From contig NC_058368.1 in the NCBI RefSeq assembly GCF_018350175.1, positions 118,174,001-118,238,000 of the forward strand: 64,000 bases of DNA, in the 5' to 3' direction. This DNA is from Felis catus. Lineage: Eukaryota. The notes below the pieces were generated by a model. That model was not told the origin of the DNA, searched no databases, and was given only the letters and a program-made list of their open reading frames with translations. Each line of letters opens with the position of its first letter. Position 1 is the first letter of the stretch. A program made the translations under genes and the position numbers. Below, piece by piece: positions 1-12,422 of this stretch.

Positions 1-137
1 GTTCGATCCCCGTGTCATACTCAGCTCTGAGAGTGTGGAGCCTGCTTGGGATTGTCTCTCTCCCTCTCTCTCTGCCCCTACCCTGCTTGCATTCTTTCTC
101 TCTCTAAAAATAAATGGGTAAACATTTTCAAAAAAAG
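1..137 (+). mobile_element. SINEC (Can-SINE), 5' end cut by window edge
   Basis: B-box gttcgatccc, gagcctgcttgggatt, (CT)n, A-rich tail. Confidence 0.9.
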
Positions 138-362
138 TTTCTAAAGGCAGATGAGAAGAACACCCTCCCACTACTTGAGGCTGATTTTATTATAGAAGTT
201 AACACATGTAAAACATTCAGATGGTAGAAAGCTGTATACAGTAAAATGTGCCCCTGTGCCCAGTCCTGCTACCTAAAAGTCACTATGTCAGAAGCTTTGG
301 GGATAACCTAGAACTTTTCCATATATGGAGAGCCCTTCTTTTTAAAAAAATATGTAAATATA

Positions 363-405
363 TGTGTGTGTGTGTGTGTGTGTATGTGTGTGTGTGTGTG
401 TGTGT
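363..405. repeat. (TG)n microsatellite
   Basis: Read directly; one interruption. Confidence 0.95.
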
Positions 406-1323
406 ATAGGGAACATATCACACACACTCTAATATACTTTGTTTTTTTTAATTTAATAATAATTCTAAACATCTTTCCAACACCGCATATGCACATGACT
501 TCTGTCCGATATATAGTGTCCCGCTGTGCAATAGATGTACCATAATTAATTTCATGGACATCGGTTTCCAGAGTTTTGCTGTTATAAACATTGCTACAAC
601 AAATTCACTGTATGTATCTTTGTGCATATGTACCAGTGCATCTGTAATGGTAATTTGTAGAATTGGAGTTGCTAGGGGAAGGGGGATGATATACATGTAA
701 CTTGCACCCTGTGCATTTACACTCCCATCGACAGTATAAAGGCTGCTTTTTAAACTCAGGTTCCAATCAGGAACCACAGTTTGACATTCACCTTATTTCC
801 TGTTCACTTACTACTTTTGTTATTTGGGCTTGTGTTTAGAGAAAGCAAGGCGTCTGACTTGTCAAGAGACAAATGAGAAGCAGGTGAGCAATCTGCTTCA
901 GTACAATACGGTGTCTTGTTTAACGCACGGTGTGAGCAATGGTTGCACTTCACTGCTGAAGAGATGCAAATGGTTTTTTTCTGTTTTAAGGTATGAGCAT
1001 ATTGCACTCCGAAGAAATAAAATAGCTAGCTCAAGAGCTTTGGGGAGAAAGGATCTGGGATGCAACTAAAAATATAAAGGCCATGCTTCTAGGTTCCAGG
1101 CTCCAGAGAAGCTATTGGGCCGCAAAGACAAAAGGGACTTTGAATATCATTGGAAATGGAAAGATACCTTATGTAAGGGCTGGGAGAAAGTCCAAATTTA
1201 GGGCTTATTCAATATCCTGTGATCTCTAACCACCTATCCCTACGTTTAACACTTCCCCTCTTTTCTCAGAATCTGTTAAAAACAACCTTAGAATATGCAT
1301 CAGTGGTAGGGTGGTGATGTAGG

Positions 1324-1356
1324 TTTCTTTCTTTTCTTTCTTCCTTCCTTCCTTTT

Positions 1357-1424
<68 letters not shown>

Positions 1425-1483
1425 TCCTTCCTTCCTTCCTTCCTTCCTTCCTTCCTTCCTTCCTTCTCTTTCTTTCTCTTTTC

Positions 1484-1514
<31 letters not shown>

Positions 1515-1568
1515 CTTTTCTTTTCTTTTCTTTTCTTTCTTTTCTTTCTTTTCTTTTCTTTTCTTCTT
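1324..1568. repeat. Compound polypyrimidine microsatellite (TTTC)n(TTCC)n(TTTTC)n
   Basis: About 245 nt of uninterrupted pyrimidines. Confidence 0.97.
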
Positions 1569-2151
1569 AACATCATCTCCAAGTAAGCTGCTTGGATTAA
1601 TGCTGAGAATAAAAGGAGAAGCTTTGCTCTGTTCTGCTGATGCATTCATGCTCCCGGAACTCCTACCTGTTGTCTATCTAATTTAGAAGAGTGCCTTTTA
1701 TCAAAGGAGGATGTGGTGAGTTGGAGCATTTTCCCTGAGCTGGTGAAAGGGCCACTCAGAAACCCAAACCCCAGCCTCACGTCAGGGGACAGGCCCTGCC
1801 TGGCGGTCTGGCGAAGCTGTCTTGGAAGTAGGTAGCACCCTCTCCTGGGCTAAATCCAAATGTTTTCTGTTTGTCCTGAAGTCATCTAGGATAATAACCG
1901 ACATTTACCTTTCTCTGGCCAGCTCTGCCCCATCACTGCCCCCTCCTGGCTCCTTCTGTTTTTTAAAATTTATTTATTTAAATGCTATACTGAACTCTTT
2001 GTTCTTCCACAGAAACAACATTGGAGATTCCAAGTAAGATTTGTTAGGGAACGAGAACTTACTCGAGTACTTACAGTGTGCAGGATACCAGGGCAGGGGG
2101 TGATGAAAGGAAAGAAAAGCTTGTAGTCAGTGTAGATAAGAATGAATACTG

Positions 2152-2153
<2 letters not shown>

Positions 2154-2198
<45 letters not shown>
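2154..2198. repeat. (CA)n microsatellite
   Basis: Read directly. Confidence 0.95.
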
Positions 2199-2199
<1 letters not shown>

Positions 2200-2204
2200 C
2201 TATT

Positions 2205-2402
2205 TCTTTGTTTATTTATTTAAAATGTTTATTTTTGAGAGAGTGCAAGTGGGAGAGGGGCAGAGAGAGGGGGACAGAGGATCTGAAGCAGACTCTGTGC
2301 TGACAGCAGAGAGCCCGATATGGGGCTTGAACTCACAAACCCATGAGATCATGACCTGAGCTGACATCAGACGCTCAACTGACTGAGCCACCCAGGTGCC
2401 CC
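2205..2402 (-). mobile_element. SINEC
   Basis: Reverse-complement head (ctgagccacccaggtgcccc), (GA)n, T-rich tail. Confidence 0.92.
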
Positions 2403-2939
2403 AAGACTATTTTAAACAATTACAAGGCATCGAGTGTGTTGAAGGGATTCTGCAAATGGCAGAAATCCTAGAACAGTGAGCTGTGGTCCGTTGCCTGGGA
2501 GTCCCTTTGTGAAATGCCAGACGCCAGGGAAGGAATTGTTGGTAGGATGGTCAGTCCTCACCCCCAAGAAGTAGTGTGGATGTAGATGTACTGGAAGGTT
2601 CTTTTATTCAACAAGTTAATATAAAACTGTACATCTACTACCTACCACCTATCACCGCCTTCCACGTTCCTCTTTTTTCTTCATCAGTCATTAGATTTCT
2701 CAATGACATTTGTGGAAAAATAAGAGATTTTAATGGTACCTTCTCAATCCCACTCAACATTCTAGTTTCTGTTTCATCCAGACATTTATTCTAATTGGCA
2801 TGTAAGTTCTGCTTTATTTAACCGTGTCTACATGCTGAAGACCATGGGCATTGTGCATTTGATCTCATAAATCAAGGATTATGTCTGTTTTGCTGGTTCA
2901 GTTTTCAATGCAATCGTGATAAAAAATAATAATGATAAT

Positions 2940-3155
2940 CACTGTCACTTAGTGAGTCCTTGCATGAAGCCAGGCACAGAATAATTTTATATTCTTTCCT
3001 GTGATGCTCACAATTACCTGATGGGCTTTATTATCCTTGTTTTTACAGATATGGAAATTAAGGTTCAGAGGCGTTCAGTAACTTGCCTAAGTGTTAGGGA
3101 TGGGATGTGTACTGGGGAGTCTAGCTCTAGAGACTTAGTTTTTATCCACTGTGCA
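2940..3155 (-). mobile_element. MIR SINE
   Basis: ttattatccttgtttttacagatatggaaattaaggttcagag...gtaacttgcctaag. Confidence 0.75.
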
Positions 3156-4114
3156 CATTATCTGCCTTAGCATTTGCAAGTAATTAATAAATGTGCTGCT
3201 AAGGGACTAAAGAAATAATCATGTTCCCAGGTATAGTTCATTTCCTAAAGATTAATGTGATTTGGCATTGTGGGATTGAGCTAGGGAGGAAGTAGAGTGT
3301 TTCTGAGGTCTTGGGAGCTTCTGTCAGTAGAAGAGGCTATGAGGACAGGATTGGCTCCCTCTAACAAAGAACACAGCACAGACCTTCAGGTCCTAGCCAA
3401 GACTTAATGAATGCTTACTATGTTCCAGGAAGCACACTCCCTCAAAACCCAGCATGCTGTTTCATTTAATCACAGAAGAGGCTCTGAAAGGTGAAGCACC
3501 TTGCCCAGGGTCATGTGGCTAATGGACTGATGGACTGAGGACAGTGGACTCCTGTCAGGTGCCACCTGGGAGCTTCGAAGAGCCGCACTCTCTCAGCCCA
3601 TGCAGGAAGGTCAGATTGTCCTAGGGGCCCCTGCACAAATGTCCTAGTACCTCTCAGGAGATCCTCGCTGCATTGATGGGTCAGGTGGACAAGATGAGGG
3701 CTGGAGTCTGCCAGGACTCTAGCTCGTGGGTGCCCAGGGAAAGGCTTCTGGTTCTGAGGGTTCAAAGGTGTGGGTCTGCTCCAGGCACACCCAGAATGGG
3801 CCTGGAAGATTCGTGCCAAGGCTCAGGAAGACTGCCAATGTATTTGGCCTCCAACTGTATAAAATATGTCTTCTCGTTGTCTTCAGGAGCACGAGTGGGT
3901 CTTGTGGTTTCACGCTACCTAATTGTGCTGGTCACACCACTGGTACTTAATAGATACAGAGGAACGAATGAATGAATGAATGAATGAACAAAGAGAAGGT
4001 AGATACTGTGTTTATGTAGGAGTCTGCTTAGGAACCCCTTTCCTCCAGAAACATGTCTAAAATAATGGTCCTGGTTGCTCTTATGAAAAATCTCTGTAAG
4101 ATATGTTTGCAACT

Positions 4115-4350
4115 GGGGGCGCCTGGGTGGCTCAGTCAGTTGAGCCTCAGACTCTTGATTTCACCTCAGGTCATGATCTCAGGGTTACGGGACTGATCCC
4201 AGCATTGACTTCTGTGCTGATGGTGTGGAGCCTGCCTGGGATTCTCTTTGTTTCCCTCCCTCTGCCCTTACCCCTCCCTGCCCCCTGCTGCCCCTCACAC
4301 ATGCGCTCTCACTCTCAAAATAGAAATTAAAAAATTAAAATTAAAAAAAA
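4115..4350 (+). mobile_element. SINEC
   Basis: ggggcgcctgggtggctcagt head, CT-rich body, A tail. Confidence 0.92.
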
Positions 4351-6626
4351 TGCGTTTTCAACTGGATTTTGAGTGTGGGGCTCTAGAGACTGAATGCCTA
4401 TGTTCTAACACTCTTAGTTAGTTACCTGTGGCAAGTCACTGGCCCTCCTGGGGTCTCAGTATCCACTGTAGGGTTGCTGTGAGTTCATGCAGGTGATGCG
4501 CCTGGCTGGAGTAAACATTTGGTAAGTGCCAGGTATGGGAATACTGACCCCAGTGTGACAGGCGTGCTGGAATCAGTGTGGCCACCATGCATTACACCCG
4601 CAGCAGGAAACTTTTCCCCTAGGCATGTGAGTGTAAAATTGTCAGTCCCAAGTTGAACCCAAACGTAGGGCAAACACTTGGCCCCAAATATAATTTCCTC
4701 CTGCAGCTCATTGAGGCCGTGAGGAAATCGCCAGGGGAGGGCCCAGGAGTGTGGTGCAGCAGCCCCATAATTTCCAGAGCCCTTCTCCTAGACTGACACA
4801 TAATTGTCAGATTGTTTTACGAGAGCGGCTTCCTGCCCCCTTCCTGCCTCGCTTCCAAATGTGCTCATTCCCAAGGAAGCATCACCTCTCCCTCTCGCCC
4901 TTAATCGCTCCTTTCCTGCCCGCCCAGGCCCTGGGGCTGGGGCGATTTCCTAAATCACTCAGATCAGCTTCTAGTGCTGGCTCCATCGCCCAGGGTGGGC
5001 TGGAGGAGAGGCAGCATTTGTTTCTAAGTGGCTTGTGACCCGGAGGTCAGAGATGCTTCCATTCTATTTGATGTCTTTCCCAGGACTCCTTCCCTCACCC
5101 ACCTCTTCTCTCCTCCTGAGCAGACTTTAATTCTGAGGTCAGGAAGAGATTAAGGAACTGAGTCCTACTGCTTTTTCTATCCAGAATGGTGGTAAAGCAA
5201 GTGAGCAGGGGGCGGGCAGGTCAGAGGGGAGAGAGTCCTTTAGCGCCGTCCACATCCAAACTTGGGGAGTTTCAGAAAATTCCGCTGAGATCTGTGTTCT
5301 GAAAGATTCATCCAAGAGATTCCTTTCCTTATGGGCATTTCCCTCTGCCTCCAAATGCTCCTTCTTAGGAAGAAATGAGAAGTCCTAACATTTTCCCCAT
5401 TTGAGAAATTTCAGAGGAAGCAACATGGTTCTTTTTGTGTTTTAACTACATTTTTTTTATTACTAAAGCAATACACAGTCCTGGTAAAAATTTCAAGCAG
5501 AATCGCTTCCAGACCTAACCACAGTTTAACAGCGTTTTGTATATCCTTCCAGAAATGTTCATGGAACCTACAAGCGTACAAATGTATATATATATTTTTA
5601 ACACAAATGGGAGCATATTGGACATCTTGTTCTACAACTTGTTATTTTCACTTAGCACATTTTGGATGTTTCCTATCTCAGTAAATCTAGAATTACTAAA
5701 AAAAAAAAAAAATTGCTACGTAGTGTTCTCTTGTGTGAATGTACTAATGTATTTACCCAGTTCCCTGTTAATGAGTATCTAGGTTTGCTTTATTACAAAC
5801 AATACTATAATAAGTATCAAAGTCTATCTCCATATACTATATTTTTAGAACAACTTCCACTTAGAGGTGCTTTTTTTGTTTGTTTGTTTGTTTGTTTAGA
5901 TTAAAAGACCTGGGAAAATAAAATCATAAGAAATGTTATTGAATTGTCCTTCAAAGAAGGTGATGTCAGTTTAAACTCCAGAATGAATACATAGGAATGC
6001 CTGACTGTGTGCACTATTACCCATAAGTGTAAAAGCAAACTTGTTAACTTTGCCAACCTTAAAATACATATATTTTATGATTTTTTTAAGTTAATATTTC
6101 ATTAGGAATGGGCTTCCAATCTTATTCCCAAATAATGATCAACCTTTTCTATAAGCTTCCTGCTAGGGTAAAGTTGACTCTTTTCCTATTATTTATCTGC
6201 CTCTTATTGCCTTGAAGATTTCTTCACATCTGAAGGAAAATAACCCTTTTTTGTCATAGGGACCATCAGTAAGTCCTCATTGTATCAACTGTCATTTGGT
6301 TTTGTGTATGGTATTTTTTCCGTCTAACATCTGAAAAATGATTTAAATGACAAATGTATCAAATTTATCAATTCTTTATTTTTATTATTGGTTTTTTTGC
6401 TTCTGGACATGCTTAGAAACTCTTCCAGAAACTAAGGTGTTTTTTTTTTCTTTTTAATCACACATGTTTCTGTTTTTTAGATTTAAATCTTTAATCCAAC
6501 TAAAATTAGAGAAGAACAAATCATCCAATAGAGGTCAACTTTGTGTCTCACTCATCTGAATGGTTGTTTCATACTGTCCATTAACTAATACATCTTTTTT
6601 GGGGACATTTTTAAAAAATAAAACTT

Positions 6627-6743
6627 GTTTATATTTTTTAAATTTTATTGATTTATAATCTCTACACCCAACGTGGGGCTCGAACTCATGACCCTGAGAT
6701 CAAGAGTCACATGATCTTCCACCTGAGCCAGCCAGGTGCCCCC
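6627..6743 (-). mobile_element. Short SINEC variant lacking the (CT)n block
   Basis: tRNA-like head in reverse; target-site duplication (TSD) aaaataaaactt. Confidence 0.85.
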
Positions 6744-6775
6744 AAAATAAAACTTCTCAATATCAGGAGAACACT

Positions 6776-6997
6776 GGGGCGCCTGGGTGGCTGAGTCAGT
6801 TAAGTGGTCGACTTCAGCTCAGGTCATGATCTCGCAGCCCGTGAGTTCGAGCCCTGCGTCGGGCTCTGTGCTGACCACTTAGAGCCTGGAGTCTGCTTCA
6901 GATTCTGTGTCTCCCTCTCTCTCTCCTCCTCCCCTGCTCTTACTCTGTCTCTCTCCGTCTCAAAAATAAATAAAAACATTAAAAAAATTAAAAAAAA
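6776..6997 (+). mobile_element. SINEC with TSD aatatcaggagaacact
   Basis: Full head, body and tail; TSD on both sides. Confidence 0.95.
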
Positions 6998-7103
6998 TAT
7001 CAGGAGAACACTTACCACTTCACAATGATGGCTTTCCCAATATGTCAGGCTCTTTAGAGATGAAAATAATTTGATCTCTGACTAATTTTAAGATGCCAAT
7101 ACC

Positions 7104-7295
7104 CAGGTCACCTGGATGGTTCGGTCAGTTAAGTGTCCCTCTCTTGATTTCGGCTCAGGTCCTGATCGCATGGTTCGTAGGTTTGAGCCTTGTGTTGGGC
7201 TCTTTGCCGGCAGTGTGGAATCTTCTTGGGATTCTCTCTGCCCGCCCTCCCCCCGCCCATCTCTCAAAATAAATAAACATTAAAAAATAAAAATA
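7104..7295 (+). mobile_element. SINEC (diverged)
   Basis: Head, body and tail; TSD aagatgccaa. Confidence 0.85.
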
Positions 7296-8130
7296 AAGAT
7301 GCCAAGACCCATCTTCACACACAGTGTTAGTACTTGAAAATCTTTGTGAAACGAGTAGATCCTAGATGGATTTCCAGAGTTGATTGTTTCCCATTCATTC
7401 AGTCAAGCAGCCCTTGTTGCCACTACCTGTATAGCCTGTGGATCACAGAAATGATTGTAAACAAAATTTGCTCTCAGCGTGTTTGTAATCCGACAGGAAG
7501 CATCAGATCTTTCATTTTGTGGAGGTATGTGTACGCATATGCTACATTTATGACTTGCTGATGTGCTGTGGGTTCCTGGGGCCTTGAAAATATAAGAAAA
7601 ATTTAAGTTTGTTCCTTTGATTTTTTCAGGAAATAAGCTATTGAATAAGTGAAAGTTATAATGTCACTGAATACTGTAAGATACCTCTGTTTTAGGAATG
7701 TATACTGTATGTGTGTGCCTGTGCGTTTTGATTTGTCTTAGAAACAAAGTCCTTTCTGAGGAGAGCCCCCTCAGATTTAGAATTTCAGAGTTCAGGGGTA
7801 GGAAGGAAAATAATTTTTAATTATTTTCTCCATTTTACTGAACTAAAGCTCTATGTCTTACCTTTGGTCACGACTAAGTAGCAGAGATAGAATTGTAAAC
7901 CAGCTCTTTCCACTCAAGGGTTGTGGTAAATATTTTAGGTGCCCGCCTACCAGTTTCTCCCCCACCCCTCTAGGTGCTGTGAATACCGGTTTTGTATGGG
8001 GTAAGAGCGCCCACCCTAAGACAATCATGCCATCCCATTTCCTTCCCTGAGTCTTCTTTGTGTAGAGTGCTTTGTAGCTAGGGCACTGAAGTAATTTGGT
8101 AGAGCTGCCATTTTTAAAAACAACACTACA

Positions 8131-8350
8131 GGGGTGCCTGGGGGGCTCAGTCGGTTGAGCGTCCGACTTCGGGTCAGGTCGTGATCTCACAGTCCGTGAG
8201 TTCGAGCTCCGCGTTGGGCTCTGTGCTGACAGCTCGGAGCCTGAAGCCTGCTTCTGATTCTGTGTCTTCCTCTTTCTCTGCTCCTCCCCTGCTTGCACTC
8301 TGTCTCTCTCTCTCTCTCAAAAATAAACATTTTAAAAAAATTAAAAAGCA
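8131..8350 (+). mobile_element. SINEC
   Basis: Canonical head, (CT)n, A tail. Confidence 0.93.
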
Positions 8351-8351
8351 A

Positions 8352-8843
8352 AAAACCACCACAGATTGGGTGCCTTAAACAATGGAAATTTATTTCTCAC
8401 AGTTCTGGAAGGTGTTGGCAGGATCTGTTTCTCCTGAGATCTCTACCTTGGCTTGCAGGTGGCTGCCTTCTTGCTGTGTCTTCACATGTTCTTTCCTCAG
8501 TGTGTACACACCCCTGGTGTCTTGCTGTGCGTCCCAATTTGAGGAAATTTGGAAATTTTGTATAAGGACACCACTCATAGTGGATCAGGGCCCACCCTAA
8601 TGGCTTTGTTTGTTTGTTTTTAAAATTTTTTTAATGTTTTATTTATTTTTGAGACAGAGAGAGACTGAGCATGAGCAGGGGAGGGGCAGAGAGAGAGGGA
8701 GACACAGAATCTGAAGCAGGCTCGAGGCTCTGAGCTGTGAGCACAGAGCCTGACGTGGGGCTCGAACTTACAAACCGCGAAATCATGACCTGAGCCGAAG
8801 TCAGACAGTCAACCGACTGAGCCACCCAGGCACCCCATAATGG

Positions 8844-8879
<36 letters not shown>

Positions 8880-8990
8880 AATCACATCTTTAAAGGCCAG
8901 GTTTCTAAGTACAATCACATTCTGAGATGTTGGAGTTTAGGGCTTCAACATATGGATTAGAGGGGCTGGGGATACCATTTAGCCCATAAA
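8352..8990. mobile_element. MLT1A-like MaLR LTR interrupted by a SINEC
   Basis: ttaaacaatggaaatttatttctcacagttctgga...tataaggacaccactcatagtggatcagggcccaccctaatg...gggcttcaacatatg. Confidence 0.75.
8605..8836 (-). mobile_element. SINEC with TSD taatggcttt
   Basis: Reverse-complement SINEC nested in the LTR. Confidence 0.93.
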
Positions 8991-9103
8991 AGGGAGCAAA
9001 CTTCTTTTGGCCTTTGAGACCTAACGAGAAATCTACTGGATGCTACTGGGATGGGTTCTCTTCCCAGATCAATAGACTCTTGTGAAAAGAAAGTTTTTAT
9101 TCC

Positions 9104-9153
9104 CCTGCCTGCCTGCCTGCCTGCCTGTCTGCCTGTCTGCCTGCCTGCTGCCT
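9104..9153. repeat. (CCTG)n/(TCTG)n microsatellite
   Basis: Read directly. Confidence 0.9.
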
Positions 9154-9226
9154 TTCCAGCTTGGGATCCTGATGCCTGGAGCTATGGCAGCTATCTTGAA
9201 ATCATGAACTGAAAAATATAAGCACA

Positions 9227-9434
9227 GGGGCACCTGGGTGGCCCAGTTAGTTAAGTGACCAACTCTTGATCTTGGCTCAGGTCATGATCTCATGGTTTGT
9301 GGGACTGAGCCCCATACTGGGCTCTGCCCTGGCAGCAAGGAGCCTGCTTGGGAGTCTCTCTCCTCTCTCTGCCTCTCTCCCCTACTCTCTCTCTCAAAAG
9401 TAAATAAACATTTTTTAAAAAGAATTTTAAAAAG
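9227..9434 (+). mobile_element. SINEC inside an older MLT1-like LTR (about 9050-9650)
   Basis: TSD gaaaaatataa(g/a)caca; flanks tgatgcctggagctatggcagctatcttg and tatttgcagctgaaaatattcctaactaat are MLT1-like. Confidence 0.88.
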
Positions 9435-9724
9435 GAAAAATATAAACACATAAAGTCTCTGCGCTAGGTACAATTAAGCAGAAGGATGGAAAGACTGGCA
9501 GCCTTCACAAAATGGTTGAGTTGAGGAATGAATCCTGAGATCATCCATTTCCAGATTTCTTGTTAAGCAAAGAATAAATGTCCTTATAGTGAGTCTGCCG
9601 TGGTTTATTAGGGTTTCCATTATTTGCAGCTGAAAATATTCCTAACTAATATGGAACTTTATTATCTCTTCACTGAACTATCCTGACTCCCAGGGAAAGC
9701 ATGGCTGACCTGTTTCATGTTATT

Positions 9725-9933
9725 ATTTTTTTAGTTTTATTTATTTATTTTGAGAGTGAGAGAGAGCATGGAGGCATCGGGGAGGAGCAGAGGGAAACAG
9801 AGAATATCCCAAGCAGGCTCCACACTGTCAGCACAACGCCCGATGCAGCGTTCGAACTCACAAACCATGAGGTCATGACCCAAGCTGAAATCAAGAGTCA
9901 GATGTTTAACCAACTGAGCCACCCAGACACCCC
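9725..9933 (-). mobile_element. SINEC
   Basis: Reverse-complement head and tail. Confidence 0.92.
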
Positions 9934-10859
9934 TCATGTTAATTTTTAAACTCTGGGATGCTGCTTAAACCTCTCTAGCTTCCCTCAACAGCCTGCTAGA
10001 GCTCATCAGCCAAGAATTCATCTTAAATTTTCCAGAGGGCTTTTACCTTTTCTGTTCATGCCAACTCCCCAGAGACAGAGTTTTAGGAGTTCACACTGTG
10101 ATAAACAGAGTATGGCTTTTTTTTTTTTTTTTTTTTTTTTGTAAAATTACCCCTTCAAAGTTCCAAGGGCTTTCAGGGTCTCATGTTTAAGGATTTGATG
10201 AACAATTCTCTATTCTTTTTGTTGGTGAACTCTGCCTTTTATGGACCTTAAACATAGCCCTTTTTACTCTAATCTTTAGCGCTGGAGGTTGGGTGTTGTG
10301 GGAAGGTTTCAGTATTCATTTTAGATTCTTCTTTATAGTTTTATAATGTTTAATTATAGTTTACAACATGAATACAAATCGTGGTAACTTGTAAGGGGAT
10401 AGGGAAACAGACTGTCTCTTAATTTTTGTGTTTCTAAATGAGAGCCCTTTATTATTTTTACTCCTTTCTTAGATGCTGTTTTATCTCTTTGAATTATGAT
10501 TCAAGGAAATGTTTCCCACCTTGTGAAGGGAAGAAATGATGGAATGGCAGGTGCTGTGTATGGCATGGCGAGTAAGAAATGGTCTTTTTTTGGAGGTAGG
10601 ATCAACTTGATCTGATCCATCTTTTTTTTTTTTTTTTCAAGAGAGAGAGCATGAGCAGAGAGAGACGGGGACAGAAATGGGGGTGAAATTAGGATTGATG
10701 TCAGGGGTTGTTGAGAGGGCTCAGTATGTGTTGGTATTGGCCTGGCTCGGTGCCTGACGCATCCTAAACTCGTGCTAAATGTCTGCTGGTATCATTGTTC
10801 TTAAGTTTTCATGCTGTGCCACTGTGGTGGATTTTACTTTTTTCAGATTCGCATTTTTC

Positions 10860-11105
10860 TTACTTTTTATTTTGGTGTGATTTTAGGTTTAAAGAAAAGT
10901 TGTGAAGAGGTACAGAGAGTTTTCATACACCCCTCACCCAGTTTCCCCCCATTGTTAACATCTCACATTACCATGGTGTATTACTGTTAACTAAACTCCA
11001 GACTTCAGTCCGCATTGCGATCAGTTGCCCTGTCTCCCCAGGCTCCTCTGGTCTTAGAGTTGCTCAGTCTTGCCTTGTTTTTCATGACCTTAACAGTCAT
11101 AAGGA
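10860..11105 (-). mobile_element. Old L1 3'-end fragment
   Basis: aaagttgtgaagaggtacagagagttttcatacacccctcacccagtttcccc...gttaacatc motif. Confidence 0.7.
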
Positions 11106-12247
11106 GAGAGTCCTGGGCTTTTGAGTCTTCTGAGCCCACAGACAAAGAGTAGAGGGCGTTGACCAAAGATGGAGAACTGCATCCCTCCCCTGGGAGAGTG
11201 TAGCTCTGGCTTGGGGGGAGGTATTTTGAGAAGACTCCACCAGCACTAGGTTCTGTATACCACGGAGGGATGAATGGAGGTATGTGGGCAGAGTGGAGCG
11301 TCGCAGGGTAAACTGTAATGTATTTGTGGTAAGGTTGGTAACTGGTAACCCTTGCTCCTCATTTCTGTTGAGTATTAGGCTACGTCAGAAGCTCTCTCTG
11401 ATCAGCCCTCATCCTGAACCCTTTCCCTCGACTTCTCTTGGATAGCTCTACAGCTCCCCCTTCTAGGTGTCCAGGAGACAATTCATCTCCGAAGGAGGGA
11501 GAAACTCTCTAGTTGAACAGATCCACAGCTGCGCACGCTATTACCTTCTGGGGCTTAGTACGTTTCCATTCATGGTCATGTTCACACAGCCCCGAAGGAC
11601 ATCTGAGCCCCATTAAGTCCAGATTTACATTCTTCTCCAACAAATGGCAGTGCTTCAGAAAGTTTGTTTATTTAACATAAAGTGCAATTTTAAAAAGTTT
11701 TAGCCCCTAGAGTATAGGAGTTTATGTGACTTCATGCCCCTCTTTCTGGGGTAGAATAAACAAAACAGGGAAATGGCAAAATCTATAGGGCTTTTCCTCC
11801 CTCCTTGTGGATGGCTGGTTTTTTCCGTTTATAATACTGTGGGGCAAAACTTCTATGTAGGAAGAAAAAAGAAAGATTGTCTTCTCTTGCGCAGAGTTGT
11901 TTGTGTCCATGTGTATGGCAGCTTTGGAAAACCTAGCTCCTTCCTTATCACTTTTCAGTTAACTTTATCCTTTTTACTTCAAGTTGGGAAATGAATTACG
12001 TTGTCCCGTGTGTGCGCATGCACGAAGTCTCAGGAAGGATCTCGGACTTGATGTAACCAAATTATTTAAAACTATTTCTTGTGTATGTGCTCACATGCCT
12101 GAATTGTCCTTGTTTTTAGGGCTCTGTCATAGCCTGCAGAGTCGATTAGTCCCAGCAGAGCTTTTAAGCTAACCAAACTCAAAACCCAGAGTAAGGATAT
12201 ATCCCTGCAGTCAGGCAATCCTTCCCAGAGTGAACTTCAGAGATTCT

Positions 12248-12422
12248 TTTTTAAACAACTTCCTTGAGGTATAATTTACATACCATAAATTTGCCTTTTT
12301 TTTTTATTGAGGTGTAATTGACATACAACAGTATATTAGTTTCAGGTGTACAACGTAATGATTCAATATTTGTATATACGTCACAATAGCCACCACAGTA
12401 AATCTAGTGAACGTTTGTCACC
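12248..12422 (-). mobile_element. L1 3'-end fragments (carnivore type)
   Basis: attgaggtgtaattgacatacaacagtatattagtttcaggtgtacaac. Confidence 0.75.

Noticed and set aside
1226..1649. Lys/Arg/Glu-rich ORFs
   Set aside because: Translation of the (GAAA)n/(GGAA)n microsatellite.
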